Source: Terriglobia bacterium (GTDB lineage: Bacteria; Acidobacteriota; Terriglobia; Bryobacterales; Bryobacteraceae). Taken from it: a DNA stretch of 64,000 nucleotides. The stretch is from contig CAVPKR010000155.1 of the NCBI GenBank assembly GCA_963705675.1, positions 1,089 to 65,088 on the forward strand, written 5' to 3'. The notes beneath the pieces are model-generated. The model made no database searches and was not told where the DNA came from. It worked only from the letters and a program-made list of their open reading frames with translations. The position numbers were made by a program, and so were the translations under genes. Shown here in pieces: positions 38,734 through 47,885 of this stretch (position 1 is its first letter; every line of letters begins with the position of its first letter).

Positions 38734-40011
38734 ATGGCTTTCTCCCCGTTGCTAAACGTTCGCCAGCATTTTCCCGACCGAGGCATCTCCGACATTCCCG
38801 GCGCGATTTCAAAGGAACTGGGTGCCTCCGGCTTCGCGTCTGCGTTGAAACCAGGGGCTCGCGTCGCAATCGGCGTCGGAAGCCGGGGCATCGCGAATAT
38901 CGCGACCATCGTCCGCTCTGTAGTCGATTTCTGGAAATCGCGCGGCTTTCACCCGTTTCTTTTTCCCGCCATGGGGAGCCATGGAGCAGCCACCGCCGAA
39001 GGACAAGCAAATGTTCTGGCGCATTACGGAATCCACGAAGCCGCAATGGGGTGTCCAGTTCTGAGCGCTCTGGACGTAGTTTCGCTAGGCAAGACCGACG
39101 ACGGAATCGAAGCGTTCATGGACCGGAATGCCTACTCGGCGGACGGCGTTTTCCTCATCGGGCGTGTGAAATGGCACACCGATTTCGCAGGGAAAATCGA
39201 AAGCGGGCTGTTTAAGATGATGGCGATCGGCCTCGGCAAGTTCGCGGGGGCGCAGCGGTATCACACTTACGCGTACCGGCTCGGATTGGAATATGTGATC
39301 CGCACCGTCGGCCGTCAGGTGCTGAAGAGCGGCAAGATTCTGGGAGGCTTGGCGATTCTTGAGGATGCGAATCACCATACCGCGCAGCTGACCGCTGTCC
39401 CGGTCGGCGAAATGGAGCGTCAGGAAGAGGAACTGCTGACGCTGGTCAAGTCCTGGATGGGCCGCATTCCGGTGCCGCTCGACATTTTGATCGTCGACGA
39501 AATCGGCAAGACGTATTCCGGCGCCGGGATGGATACGAAAGTAGTGAATCGCGGAGTGAATGGCGAGTATAATCCTTGGGACACCGCGCCGGTCATCCAT
39601 CGAATTTTCATCCGCGGTTTGAGCCCGCATAGCTACGGAAATGCGGTCGGGCTCGGCATGGCGGACGTGGTGCATGACCGCCTGCTTCAGGCCATCGACT
39701 GGAATCCGACGCAGATCAACTCCTTTACAGCTTCGACTCCTGCGGCTATTCGTACGCCGGTTCATTTTTCTACCGATCGCGAATGTCTCGAAAAATTCTG
39801 GCCTACGGTGGGTAAGCACGATCAGCGCGAGGTGACTCTCGGATGGATCGCGAATTCGATGGAACTCGGCGCCATGCGCCTAAGCGAAAATCTTCGCGCC
39901 GACATTGAAGCGAATCCAAATCTTGAAATCGCCGGTGAACCGGAGCCGTTCGAATTCGACGCCAAAGGCGATCTCGAGCCGATCACGGACGCAGTCGTCT
40001 TAACCCATTAA
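38734..40011 (+). CDS. Lactate-racemase-N-terminal-like (DUF2088) domain protein
   Basis: MAFSPLLNVRQHFP...VAIGVGSRGIANIATIV...PAMGSHGAATAEGQANVLAHYGI.... Family assignment is from memory. Confidence 0.45.
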   Translation: MAFSPLLNVRQHFPDRGISDIPGAISKELGASGFASALKPGARVAIGVGSRGIANIATIVRSVVDFWKSRGFHPFLFPAMGSHGAATAEGQANVLAHYGIHEAAMGCPVLSALDVVSLGKTDDGIEAFMDRNAYSADGVFLIGRVKWHTDFAGKIESGLFKMMAIGLGKFAGAQRYHTYAYRLGLEYVIRTVGRQVLKSGKILGGLAILEDANHHTAQLTAVPVGEMERQEEELLTLVKSWMGRIPVPLDILIVDEIGKTYSGAGMDTKVVNRGVNGEYNPWDTAPVIHRIFIRGLSPHSYGNAVGLGMADVVHDRLLQAIDWNPTQINSFTASTPAAIRTPVHFSTDRECLEKFWPTVGKHDQREVTLGWIANSMELGAMRLSENLRADIEANPNLEIAGEPEPFEFDAKGDLEPITDAVVLTH

Positions 40012-40013
40012 CG

Positions 40014-41566
40014 ATGCACATCCCGCGACTCGCGACGGCCCTTGGGGTCTTAATCCTTAGTGTGCCTTCGTTCGTGTTCGTCTGGCATAACCGGGACGTC
40101 CCGCACTTCGGAGTCTTGCAGGATGATGGACTATACTTCATCGGCGGAAAGGCTCTCGCGACGGGAACCGGTTATAGGATTCTGAGTCTTCCCGGCGAGC
40201 CGTATCAAACCAAGTATCCGCCTCTGTATCCCCTGTATTTGTCGCTCGCGTGGCGGATGAATCCCGCATATCCAGCGAATTTGCCGATCGCGCTGATTCT
40301 TTCTTGGCTCGCCCTTTTGCCGGTTCTGGTGATGTTTCATGTCTGGCTGCGGAGGAACGCCTTCCCCGCCCGCAGCGCCTGGATCGTCACGGCGTTGTTC
40401 GCGCTGAATCCCTATGTTTTGTTCTTTATCTCGAATCTGGGTTCCGAGCTTTTCTTCTTGCTGTTCCTGTTCGGCGCGATGTACTTTGCGGAAAAATATG
40501 GCCGCGATTCCGCCCTAATTGCCGGGTTGCTCGCGGGAGCCGGATATCTGGCTCGAACTGCTGGCATCGCGATGCTGCCGGCCGCCATCCTGTATTTCTT
40601 GTGGATCAAGCAACCGCGGCGCATTGGGTGGTTCGTCCTCGGAATGACGCCGGCAATTGCCGGTTGGACCGTCTGGTCTCACCAGCACGCCGCCCCCGGC
40701 CACGACATCGTGACCCTCTGCTATACCAACTACATCGGTTATCAGTTTTACAACGTCGGCTGGGACAACTTCGCCTCGGTCTTGTGGCAGAATACGAGCG
40801 CCTTGCTGGTTTCGATGGGTTCCCTGGTATTCCCCGAAATGATTCAGGGCCTGCCCGAGAAAATGCTGCTGCCGTCGCTGGCCATCGCGACCATCCTCGG
40901 TGGAGTGCGGCTGGTCCGCAGCGGATTCGCGCGCCTGTACGGGCTATTTGCGGCGATTTCCTTGATGATGCTAGTGATCTGGCATTTCCCGCCCAATCAG
41001 CGATTCATTCTGCCGGTAGCTCCCCTGCTGCTGGCCTGTTTTTGGACCGAGGCGGTTCACTTTGCAGGGATGGTTCGAGGCGCATTTCGCCACCCCGACC
41101 GGAGCCAGCGGGTAGTCGCTTACGCTTTCGCAGGATTTCTGGTCGCGATTCTAGCCACTGGAGCCGGGCTCCAGGTTTATATGTGGGCCAGTGTCCTGCC
41201 TGACCTGGCTCGCGAGGATCGCAGGAATGCCCGATCATTTCACGAATCCTATGAATGGATCGCTTCACATATCGACGTCACATCAAACATTCTATGGGAG
41301 AACGACACCGCACTATACCTATCGACGGCCGCCACTCGACGTCGTTTCTCATCCCGACGCGCCAATACTATGCAAAGGGAACAGATGAGGATCTGGCGCT
41401 CTATCAGAGGATCGATCGATACGCCCGCGAGCATGGTTTGGACTACGTGATGCTTCCCAAGATCGGTCCGCATCGGCAGGATAAGGTGTTGGAATTGGCG
41501 GCGGGGAATCCGGGCCTACAAAAGATTGACGAACAGGCGGGGACGGTTCTCTACAAGGTCCAATAA
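40014..41566 (+). CDS. GT-C-fold membrane glycosyltransferase paralog, frameshifted near 41327
   Basis: First-loop motif HFGVLQDDGLYFIGGKALATGTGYRILSLPGEPYQTKYPPLYP. ORF 40014-41450 joins ORF 41255-41566 as ...ALYLST-GRHSTSFLIPTRQYYAKG.... It is colinear with the 42034-43602 paralog. Confidence 0.65.
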
Positions 41567-41632
41567 AAATGCAGAAGGGAGCGAGCGCAGCTTTCGCCTT
41601 GCCCACTCCCAAATCCTGCGGTTAGGTAGTGT

Positions 41633-41824
41633 TTAGCTACCGGTGGTCGAAGCCGCCGTCATCACAGACGCGACCTTCGAGAAGATCGTGCTGATGCTCG
41701 TGGCAACACCCGGCATAATCGCGCCAGCCGCGACTGCAACAAAACCCGCCATCAGAGCGTACTCGATGAGGTCCTGTCCGCGCGTATCTTTCCAAACCTG
41801 CAACTTCAAGATAAGATTCTTCAT
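41633..41824 (-). CDS. flp: Flp/Fap-family type IVb pilin
   Basis: MKNLILKLQVWKDTRGQDLIEYALMAGFVAVAAGAIM... contains the G/xxxxEY prepilin processing motif and a hydrophobic stretch. The tail is Ser/Thr-rich (VMTAASTTGS). Confidence 0.85.
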   Translation of the reverse strand: MKNLILKLQVWKDTRGQDLIEYALMAGFVAVAAGAIMPGVATSISTIFSKVASVMTAASTTGS

Positions 41825-41875
41825 TTTTCCTCTAATCTCCTCTCCCTACGGTGCGCGACAGGTCCCTGCCGCTGT

Positions 41876-41904
41876 ATAAAATCTAACATCGCTCCGGCTT
41901 GCAA
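41876..41904 (-). promoter_or_regulatory. Candidate sigma-70-type promoter for flp (TTGCAA-N17-TTTTAT)
   Basis: The minus strand reads TTGCAAgccggagcgatgttagaTTTTATacagc, followed by the GGAGAGGAG ribosome-binding region and the ATG. Confidence 0.3.
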
Positions 41905-42033
41905 AGAATCAGGCTAATTGCCTAATGCGCCCGCTGAAAACTCTCAGGTCTTCCAGCTTTTGGGCCGCTGGCCGTACCTTTCGGACCACTCCAAGCACCC
42001 CGCCGGTTGAGGTGTATGGTAACGTTTATCCGT

Positions 42034-43602
42034 ATGACTTCGAGGCTCCAGAGTGCCTTTGGCTTAGTCATTCTGATAACTTTATCGGCCTGGATCGCCT
42101 TGAACAATAGCGACTTGCCCGAATTTGGTGCGAATCACGACGATGGCATATACTTCGCCTCAGCAAAGTCCTTAGCTGAGGGCCAAGGGTATCGGATTCC
42201 CAGCCTGGTTGAGGACCCCTATCAGACAAAATACGGTCCTCTGTTCCCTCTTTACATGTCGCTGGCCTGGAGGATCCAACCGTCTTTCCCCGCCAATCTT
42301 CGAGTTGCAGCCTGGCTTGGATGGCTAACCATCCCTGTTTTCTTGGCTTTGAGCCTGTTGTTATATCAAAGTTGGGGGATCAAGGGTGTGCGTTTGTGGA
42401 TTCTGTTGGTGCTGCTGGCGGTAAATCCATACGTGATCCACTTTGGAATCAGCATCTTCTCGGAAATGTTCTTCACCTGTCTGATTCTGGGTGCCCTGCT
42501 TTGCTTGACTCGATCGGGTGTAAAATGGGCGATTTGGGCGGGCGTGCTGGGCGGATTGGCTTATCTAACTCGTTCAGCCGGGTTAGCTTTGCTCATTTCC
42601 GCGCCGATTGTCTTGCTATGGCGAGGAGAGCGTCGCCGTGCGATGTGGCTGGCAGGCTCGATGTTGCCTTTCGTCATCGGCTGGACCGTCTGGACCCGCG
42701 GACATCAATTCAAAGGCGCTGACGAGATCCTGCTATATTATACAAACTACTTTGGTTATGCTCGCCAAGCGATTTCTCTATCCGATCTTCCCGTAGTCCT
42801 GTGGAAGAACGCCGACGGCTTGCTTTACGCAATGGGAGCGATGGCGCTGCCGGAGATTACGTCGGCGCTGCTGGTGAAAATTCTGACCCAAGTGTTGGGG
42901 ATCGCGATGATCGCGGGGATCGTCAGGATGGCGCACCGGGGTGTCGGATGGCACTACGCGGCCTTTGGCGTGATTTCGTCGGGCATGCTGCTGGTTTGGT
43001 ATTTCCCGCCGAATGAGCGATTTATCCTCCCATTGATCCCGTTTCTTCTAGCCGGATTGCTGACCGAGATGGACCACTTGCAGGGCATGCTTCGCGGAGC
43101 TTTGACGCATAAAGACTGGTCCCAGCGGATCGTCGCGGCGGGATTTGGGGTGGTCCTTGCGATTGTGCTGCTGGGCGCGGTGGCGCTTCAATTCTATACG
43201 GTACTCTCGCTGATGCCGGACGCGGCCCATCAGCGACGGCAGCTCGCAGCGGAAAATCGTGTGGCTTATCAATGGATTGCGGAAAACATCCCGCGCGATG
43301 CCGCATTCATTGCTTACGAAGACCCCCGGTTCTATCTCGAAACCGGACATCCGGCGATGACTTTGAATCTTCCGCCGAAATTCTGGTATCGCGGCGACCG
43401 CGCGGGGATGGTGGCGTTCTACTCGCAAATTGCTGAATTTGCTAGGGCGCACGGCATCGGATACGTCTATTTCACCTCCGAAGACCTGGGCCGCGAAATG
43501 GCTGGGGAGGACAAGGACGCGGTTTTGAAGGCCATCGCAACGAATCCCGAGCTGACGGCGATAGAGCACACCAAAATCGGCACCATCTATAAGATTCGCT
43601 GA
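42034..43602 (+). CDS. GT-C-fold membrane glycosyltransferase paralog (intact)
   Basis: MTSRLQSAFGLVILITLSAW...EFGANHDDGIYFASAKSLAEGQGYRIPSLVEDPYQTKYGPLFP. It has about 11-12 TM segments and a soluble C-terminal domain. It resembles 40014-41566 along its whole length. Confidence 0.7.
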   Translation: MTSRLQSAFGLVILITLSAWIALNNSDLPEFGANHDDGIYFASAKSLAEGQGYRIPSLVEDPYQTKYGPLFPLYMSLAWRIQPSFPANLRVAAWLGWLTIPVFLALSLLLYQSWGIKGVRLWILLVLLAVNPYVIHFGISIFSEMFFTCLILGALLCLTRSGVKWAIWAGVLGGLAYLTRSAGLALLISAPIVLLWRGERRRAMWLAGSMLPFVIGWTVWTRGHQFKGADEILLYYTNYFGYARQAISLSDLPVVLWKNADGLLYAMGAMALPEITSALLVKILTQVLGIAMIAGIVRMAHRGVGWHYAAFGVISSGMLLVWYFPPNERFILPLIPFLLAGLLTEMDHLQGMLRGALTHKDWSQRIVAAGFGVVLAIVLLGAVALQFYTVLSLMPDAAHQRRQLAAENRVAYQWIAENIPRDAAFIAYEDPRFYLETGHPAMTLNLPPKFWYRGDRAGMVAFYSQIAEFARAHGIGYVYFTSEDLGREMAGEDKDAVLKAIATNPELTAIEHTKIGTIYKIR

Positions 43603-43632
43603 AGTTTCCGCCGATTTCTTAAGGGAGATCGA

Positions 43633-45138
43633 ATGTCCTCCCTGGCGTCATCCATCCCGCAAACGATTCCTCAGCCGCGTACGGAATTGTGGTGCCGCAG
43701 GCTGCTATGGATGTTTGCGGCGGTCGCTTTCGTGTGCATCTTGTTCCACTTGGCGATGCTCTTCTGGGCTCAGAATGCCTTTTCGGGGCCGGAATCGGTG
43801 GTGAGCGCGCAGTCTCAGATGCTGGCCCACGATGGGACGCTTTACTACGATCTGAACCGGTATCCTTACACGGTTAGCGCTTATACGCCGATTTTCTATC
43901 TGACCGAAGCCGCGCTTCGAAAGGCCGGGCTGCCGGCATTGGCCGCCGGGCGGCTGATCAGCTTTGGCTCGCTGATCGGAATCGTCATTCTGATCTGGGG
44001 GCTGACCATGCTCTACACGGGGGACCGGTACTGCGCCTGGACGGCCGCCCTTCTCGCGGCGTCCACGTCGCTGCTACTGAATTGGGGAACCATCGGGCAG
44101 GTCGACACGCTGGCCGCCTGCTTCGCGATGGCCGCATTCTGGCAGTTTTCCAAATACCTTCTTCGAGGAGATAAAGCGCTTGTGACCGCCGGAATCTTCG
44201 CGACCCTTGCCTTCTTTACCAAGCAGACGATGGTCGCGTGCCCGCTTGCGATTTTCGTCGTCCTGTTGATAGAGCGTCCCAGAGCTGCTTTGCGATTCGG
44301 GATTGGTTTGGCCGCTGTCGTAGCCGGGGTCGCGCTGGGAATCAATGGGATCACGCAGGGACATTTCTTTGCCAACACAGCTCGCGCGAATCTGAACCCG
44401 TTTGCTCTGTCGAAACTAAAGCCGCATTTTATGGTCCTGATCGGCGTGACGCCGATGATGGTGGTGGTACTGGCTGGAGCGAAACCTGCGTGGCGGGCCG
44501 GGCGGGCGTTATTCCTCTATCTGGGATTCGCAGGCGCGATTTTCCTATTGACCGCGGCGAAAATCGGGTCGGACACGAACTATCAGATCGAATTTACCAT
44601 CCTGCTGATTCTGTGCGCCTGCCTGGCGCTGCACTCGCTCGATTTCTTTCCGCTCACCTTCGGCGGCAGCAAGCACTGGATCACCCTCCTGCAAATCCCA
44701 CTGGCCGTGCATCTGGTATTGAATTTCAGAATCACGACCAACATCCTGCTGACCCGGGTCGCGATCGAGCAGCAATTTCGAGCCGAAATATCCGCGCTGA
44801 AACCCTACGTCAATGGACGGCTGTTATCGACAGACTACAATGCGAGTGAACGGCTGCGCGGATCGATCGAAGTCGAAACACTGATTTACGGCCTTCTGGT
44901 TCGCGCGGGCGTGGTCGATCCCACACCGGTGCGCCGGGATATCGCGGCAGAGTCTTTCGGAACGATCATTCTTTTCGAAGATGCGCATCATCCGGCTGCC
45001 GGCCGCGACCTCGAAATATCCGCGCTTCCGGAGGCGCAGATGGAAGAGATCCGCTTACACTATAAGCTGGCCGCGCATATTCCGGGGCCCTACAGCGACG
45101 GCGTGTACGTGTACCAACCGATCCCATCACCACGATGA
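43633..45138 (+). CDS. GT-C-like polytopic membrane protein (more divergent fourth paralog)
   Basis: 501 aa, about 11 TM segments. The first loop reads SQMLAHDGTLYYDLNRYPYTVSAYTPIFY. It also has a FFTKQT motif. Confidence 0.55.
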   Translation: MSSLASSIPQTIPQPRTELWCRRLLWMFAAVAFVCILFHLAMLFWAQNAFSGPESVVSAQSQMLAHDGTLYYDLNRYPYTVSAYTPIFYLTEAALRKAGLPALAAGRLISFGSLIGIVILIWGLTMLYTGDRYCAWTAALLAASTSLLLNWGTIGQVDTLAACFAMAAFWQFSKYLLRGDKALVTAGIFATLAFFTKQTMVACPLAIFVVLLIERPRAALRFGIGLAAVVAGVALGINGITQGHFFANTARANLNPFALSKLKPHFMVLIGVTPMMVVVLAGAKPAWRAGRALFLYLGFAGAIFLLTAAKIGSDTNYQIEFTILLILCACLALHSLDFFPLTFGGSKHWITLLQIPLAVHLVLNFRITTNILLTRVAIEQQFRAEISALKPYVNGRLLSTDYNASERLRGSIEVETLIYGLLVRAGVVDPTPVRRDIAAESFGTIILFEDAHHPAAGRDLEISALPEAQMEEIRLHYKLAAHIPGPYSDGVYVYQPIPSPR

Positions 45139-45782
45139 CCACCGCCATCAAAAATTATCACGAGGTCCGCTTCCAGTACGATCCGCGCCGCGCGGTTGTG
45201 TGGGTCGCGATTTGCCGGTATCTTCAGCGATGGGTTTCCGAAGACGAAGGGCTGATCGAGCTGGGCGCCGGGTACGGCGAATTTTCGAAGAATATTCGGG
45301 CAGGCGCGAAATGGGCGCTGGACATGAATCCGGAACTGGCTGCGCATTGGGGCCGGGATATCCGTCCGCTGATTCAGTCCGCAACCGATCGGCTACCGGT
45401 TGCGAGTGAGAGCGTCGCCACAGTGTTCGCTTCAAACTTCTTTGAGCACTTTACGATTGAGCAGGGCGAAGTGATTCTGAGCGAAGCCTATCGCGTGCTT
45501 CGGCCCGGCGGACGGCTGATAGTAGTCCAACCGAATTTCCGGCTGGAGCCGCGACGCTATTACGACGACTACACGCATCGGACCGCCTACACCGACAACG
45601 GATTCACAGATTTTCTACGCTCGTTGGGATGGAACATCGTGCACTCGGAACCTCGCTTCACGCCGTTCAGCATGAAGTCGCGCTTTCCGGTGGCGGGCTG
45701 GCTGATACGGCTCTATCTGGCACTGCCGTTCCGCCCCTTCGCGGGACAATTCATGCTGGTCGCCGAAAAGCCCGCGCGGTAG
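45135..45782 (+). CDS. Class I SAM-dependent methyltransferase
   Basis: Motif I is LIELGAGYGEF. The post-I/II region is ATVFASNFFEHF...VLRPGGRLIVVQPN. The ATG overlaps the upstream stop as ATGA. Confidence 0.8.
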   Translation: MTTAIKNYHEVRFQYDPRRAVVWVAICRYLQRWVSEDEGLIELGAGYGEFSKNIRAGAKWALDMNPELAAHWGRDIRPLIQSATDRLPVASESVATVFASNFFEHFTIEQGEVILSEAYRVLRPGGRLIVVQPNFRLEPRRYYDDYTHRTAYTDNGFTDFLRSLGWNIVHSEPRFTPFSMKSRFPVAGWLIRLYLALPFRPFAGQFMLVAEKPAR

Positions 45783-45798
45783 GATAGATTTACATCTC

Positions 45799-47322
45799 AT
45801 GATAAAGGCCGGCCAGAAGGCTCCCGATGTAGCGCGCGCGATTCCAACAGGCGAGCCTTGTCTGCTGGTGTTTCTTGAAACCGACTGCCCCACCTGCCGG
45901 CTTGCGATGCCGTATCTCAACAAGTTGGCGAGGCAATCGGCGCAGGTTTTAGGGATTTCGCAGGATTCCGCGGAGTTGACGCGTATGTTCGTCGAACAGA
46001 CTTCAGCTGCGTTTCCGGTGGACGTGGATCAGGGATTGCGAATCTCGCGGGCTTTCGATCCGGTATCGGTGCCCACGTTTTTTCTGATCGGCGCGGACGG
46101 ACGCGTGATCCGTACTGTGATCGGTTTCGATAAGAGCGATCTGAACGCCGTGGCCGCAGCGATGGGACGCGGAGCGATTGCCGATGCATATGACGGGAAT
46201 CCGCCGAGCAAGCCTGGATGCTCTTCCCGTCACTTGGAAACGGCTGACGATAGTCCGGCAGCGGAGGCTTTGAACCTTCACGCCGCGCGTGGAACGCGGG
46301 CGTCTCGAATTGAGATTTCTGAAGACCCCTACGATTACTCGATGCGGGCTTTCGGGGATCCATTGCCGGTGATCCCGCCTACAGTGGAGCGCGTGGACCG
46401 GATGATCGGCGAGCTGGATCCTGCGGAAATCGTGGGGCGGATTCCGCCGTGCTACGGCGAGGCGACCATCGAAAAGATCGCGGCCAACGCGGTGATGGCC
46501 GGGTGCGTTCCTCAAATGATGCGGGTGCTAATCCCGTTAGTGCGCGCGGTTTGCGATGAGCGATTCAACGCCCATGGCGTGCAGGCGACCACCCATTTCG
46601 CGGCGCCTCTGATTATCATGAACGGTCCGGTTCGCGACGAGCTGGGGTTCTGGTACCGCAAGAATGTATTCAGCAATGTCGCGCGCGCCAACAGCACTTT
46701 GGGCCGCGCTCTCCAGTTGATGCTGTTGAATCTGGGAGGCGCGCGGCCAGATGGGATCGACATGTCGGCGCTGGGAAATCCCGGTAAGTTTTCATATTGC
46801 ATCGCTGAAAACGAAGAGGAGAGCCCGTGGGAGCCGCTGCAAGTCGAGCAGGGATTTTCGCGCTCCGACAGCACATTGACACTGTTCGCGGGGGAAGCGC
46901 CGAATGGAGTGAGCGAACACATGTCGCGGACCGCAACGGGAGTGCTGACGGCGATCTCGCGGGCGCTCGCCACGGTGTGGAGCTATCGGACATGCATGAG
47001 TATCGAGGCTATGGTCGTCCTGTGCCCGGAGCACGTGAAGACGATTCATCGCGACGGATTCAGCAAGTCCGACGCGCGCGATTTTCTGTTCCGCAACACG
47101 GGCATTCCCGTGCGGGCATACGATATAGAAGGCGAGGGCGCGCAGCACGTGAAACTGTATCGCGAAATCGAGATCGGGGGCGAGCGCTGCTATCAGAAAT
47201 TCCGCGCGCCGGAATCGATCAAGATTGTGGTAGCCGGTGGAACCGCCGGTAAATTTTCAGCCGTGATCGGCAGTTGGAGCGCGGGGCCGCGCGGCAGCCA
47301 GATGGTGACTTATCCATGCTAA
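45799..47322 (+). CDS. Thioredoxin-fold (TlpA/redoxin-like, CPTC) domain fused to a ~370-aa domain of unknown function
   Basis: The N-terminus is MIKAGQKAPD...LLVFLETDCPTCRLAMPYLNKL...VPTFFLIGADGRV. I cannot assign the C-terminal domain (...IEKIAANAVMAGCVPQMM...HGVQATTHFAAPLIIMNGP...). Confidence 0.7.
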   Translation: MIKAGQKAPDVARAIPTGEPCLLVFLETDCPTCRLAMPYLNKLARQSAQVLGISQDSAELTRMFVEQTSAAFPVDVDQGLRISRAFDPVSVPTFFLIGADGRVIRTVIGFDKSDLNAVAAAMGRGAIADAYDGNPPSKPGCSSRHLETADDSPAAEALNLHAARGTRASRIEISEDPYDYSMRAFGDPLPVIPPTVERVDRMIGELDPAEIVGRIPPCYGEATIEKIAANAVMAGCVPQMMRVLIPLVRAVCDERFNAHGVQATTHFAAPLIIMNGPVRDELGFWYRKNVFSNVARANSTLGRALQLMLLNLGGARPDGIDMSALGNPGKFSYCIAENEEESPWEPLQVEQGFSRSDSTLTLFAGEAPNGVSEHMSRTATGVLTAISRALATVWSYRTCMSIEAMVVLCPEHVKTIHRDGFSKSDARDFLFRNTGIPVRAYDIEGEGAQHVKLYREIEIGGERCYQKFRAPESIKIVVAGGTAGKFSAVIGSWSAGPRGSQMVTYPC

Positions 47323-47836
47323 CGACTTTAGTTAATCCTTGTGACGAGCGGACGGTTTCATCGACGGCGGCTCCGCGGCTGGACACGCTGGCGGGGAAAA
47401 CGGTGGCGCTGCTCGATATCAGCAAACCCGGCGGCAGTGTTTTCCTCGACCGGCTCGAAAGAATTCTGATGGAGCGCCACGCGGCGGGCCGAGTGATCCG
47501 GCTCATGAAGCCGACGTTCGCCAGGGCACCCGGCAGGTGCTGGATCAGCTGCGCAGCGTGGACGCGGCGATTGAAGCGCTGGCGGATTGAGGGTCCTGTA
47601 CCACGTGCAGTTTGCACGACACGATCCAGTTAGAGAATTGGGGAATTCCCGCGGTGCCGGTGGCCACGCACGAGTTTATGCTGGCGGCGAGAGCGCAGGC
47701 CGCGGCTTTGGGGAGGCCGGACTTCGACGCGGTTTACGTCGCGCATCCTATTCAGGATCAGACCGGCGCGGAGATTGAGGCTCGGGCGGATGCGGTTGCG
47801 GGCGAGATCGTGGCGCGGCTCATCGGGCATAGTTGA
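47316..47836 (+). CDS. Candidate UGSC-family selenoprotein: in-frame TGA (47588-47590) read as Sec; also one frame change near 47535
   Basis: ATG 47316 overlaps the upstream stop. Frame 0 reads MLTTLVNPCDE...RVIRLMKPTFARAPG. It then continues in the frame of ORF 47612-47836 as VLDQLRSVDAAIEALAD-TGA-GSCTTCSLHDTIQLENWGIPAVPVATHEF...VAHPIQD.... About 82 sense codons follow the TGA. Confidence 0.55.
47591..47627 (+). promoter_or_regulatory. SECIS-like hairpin immediately 3' of the in-frame TGA
   Basis: GGGUCCUGU (47591-99) pairs with ACACGAUCC (47619-27), giving 8 pairs including one G-U wobble, plus one C-C mismatch. A 4-nt bulge ACCA follows. CGUGCA (47604-09) pairs with UGCACG (47613-18). The loop is GUU, and the loop G lies 19 nt after the UGA. 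Confidence 0.5.
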
Positions 47837-47885
47837 CCAGAATGATTGAAACCTGGCGTTGCTCATTTGCGTAGAGTTCTTTCAT

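Noticed and set aside
38672-39046. The 5' extension of the GT2 ORF (37700-39046) and of ORF 38653-40011
   Set aside because: Both extensions are Arg-rich and overlap each other divergently. Internal ATGs at 38671 (minus strand) and 38734 (plus strand) give sensible N-termini and leave a short divergent promoter region.
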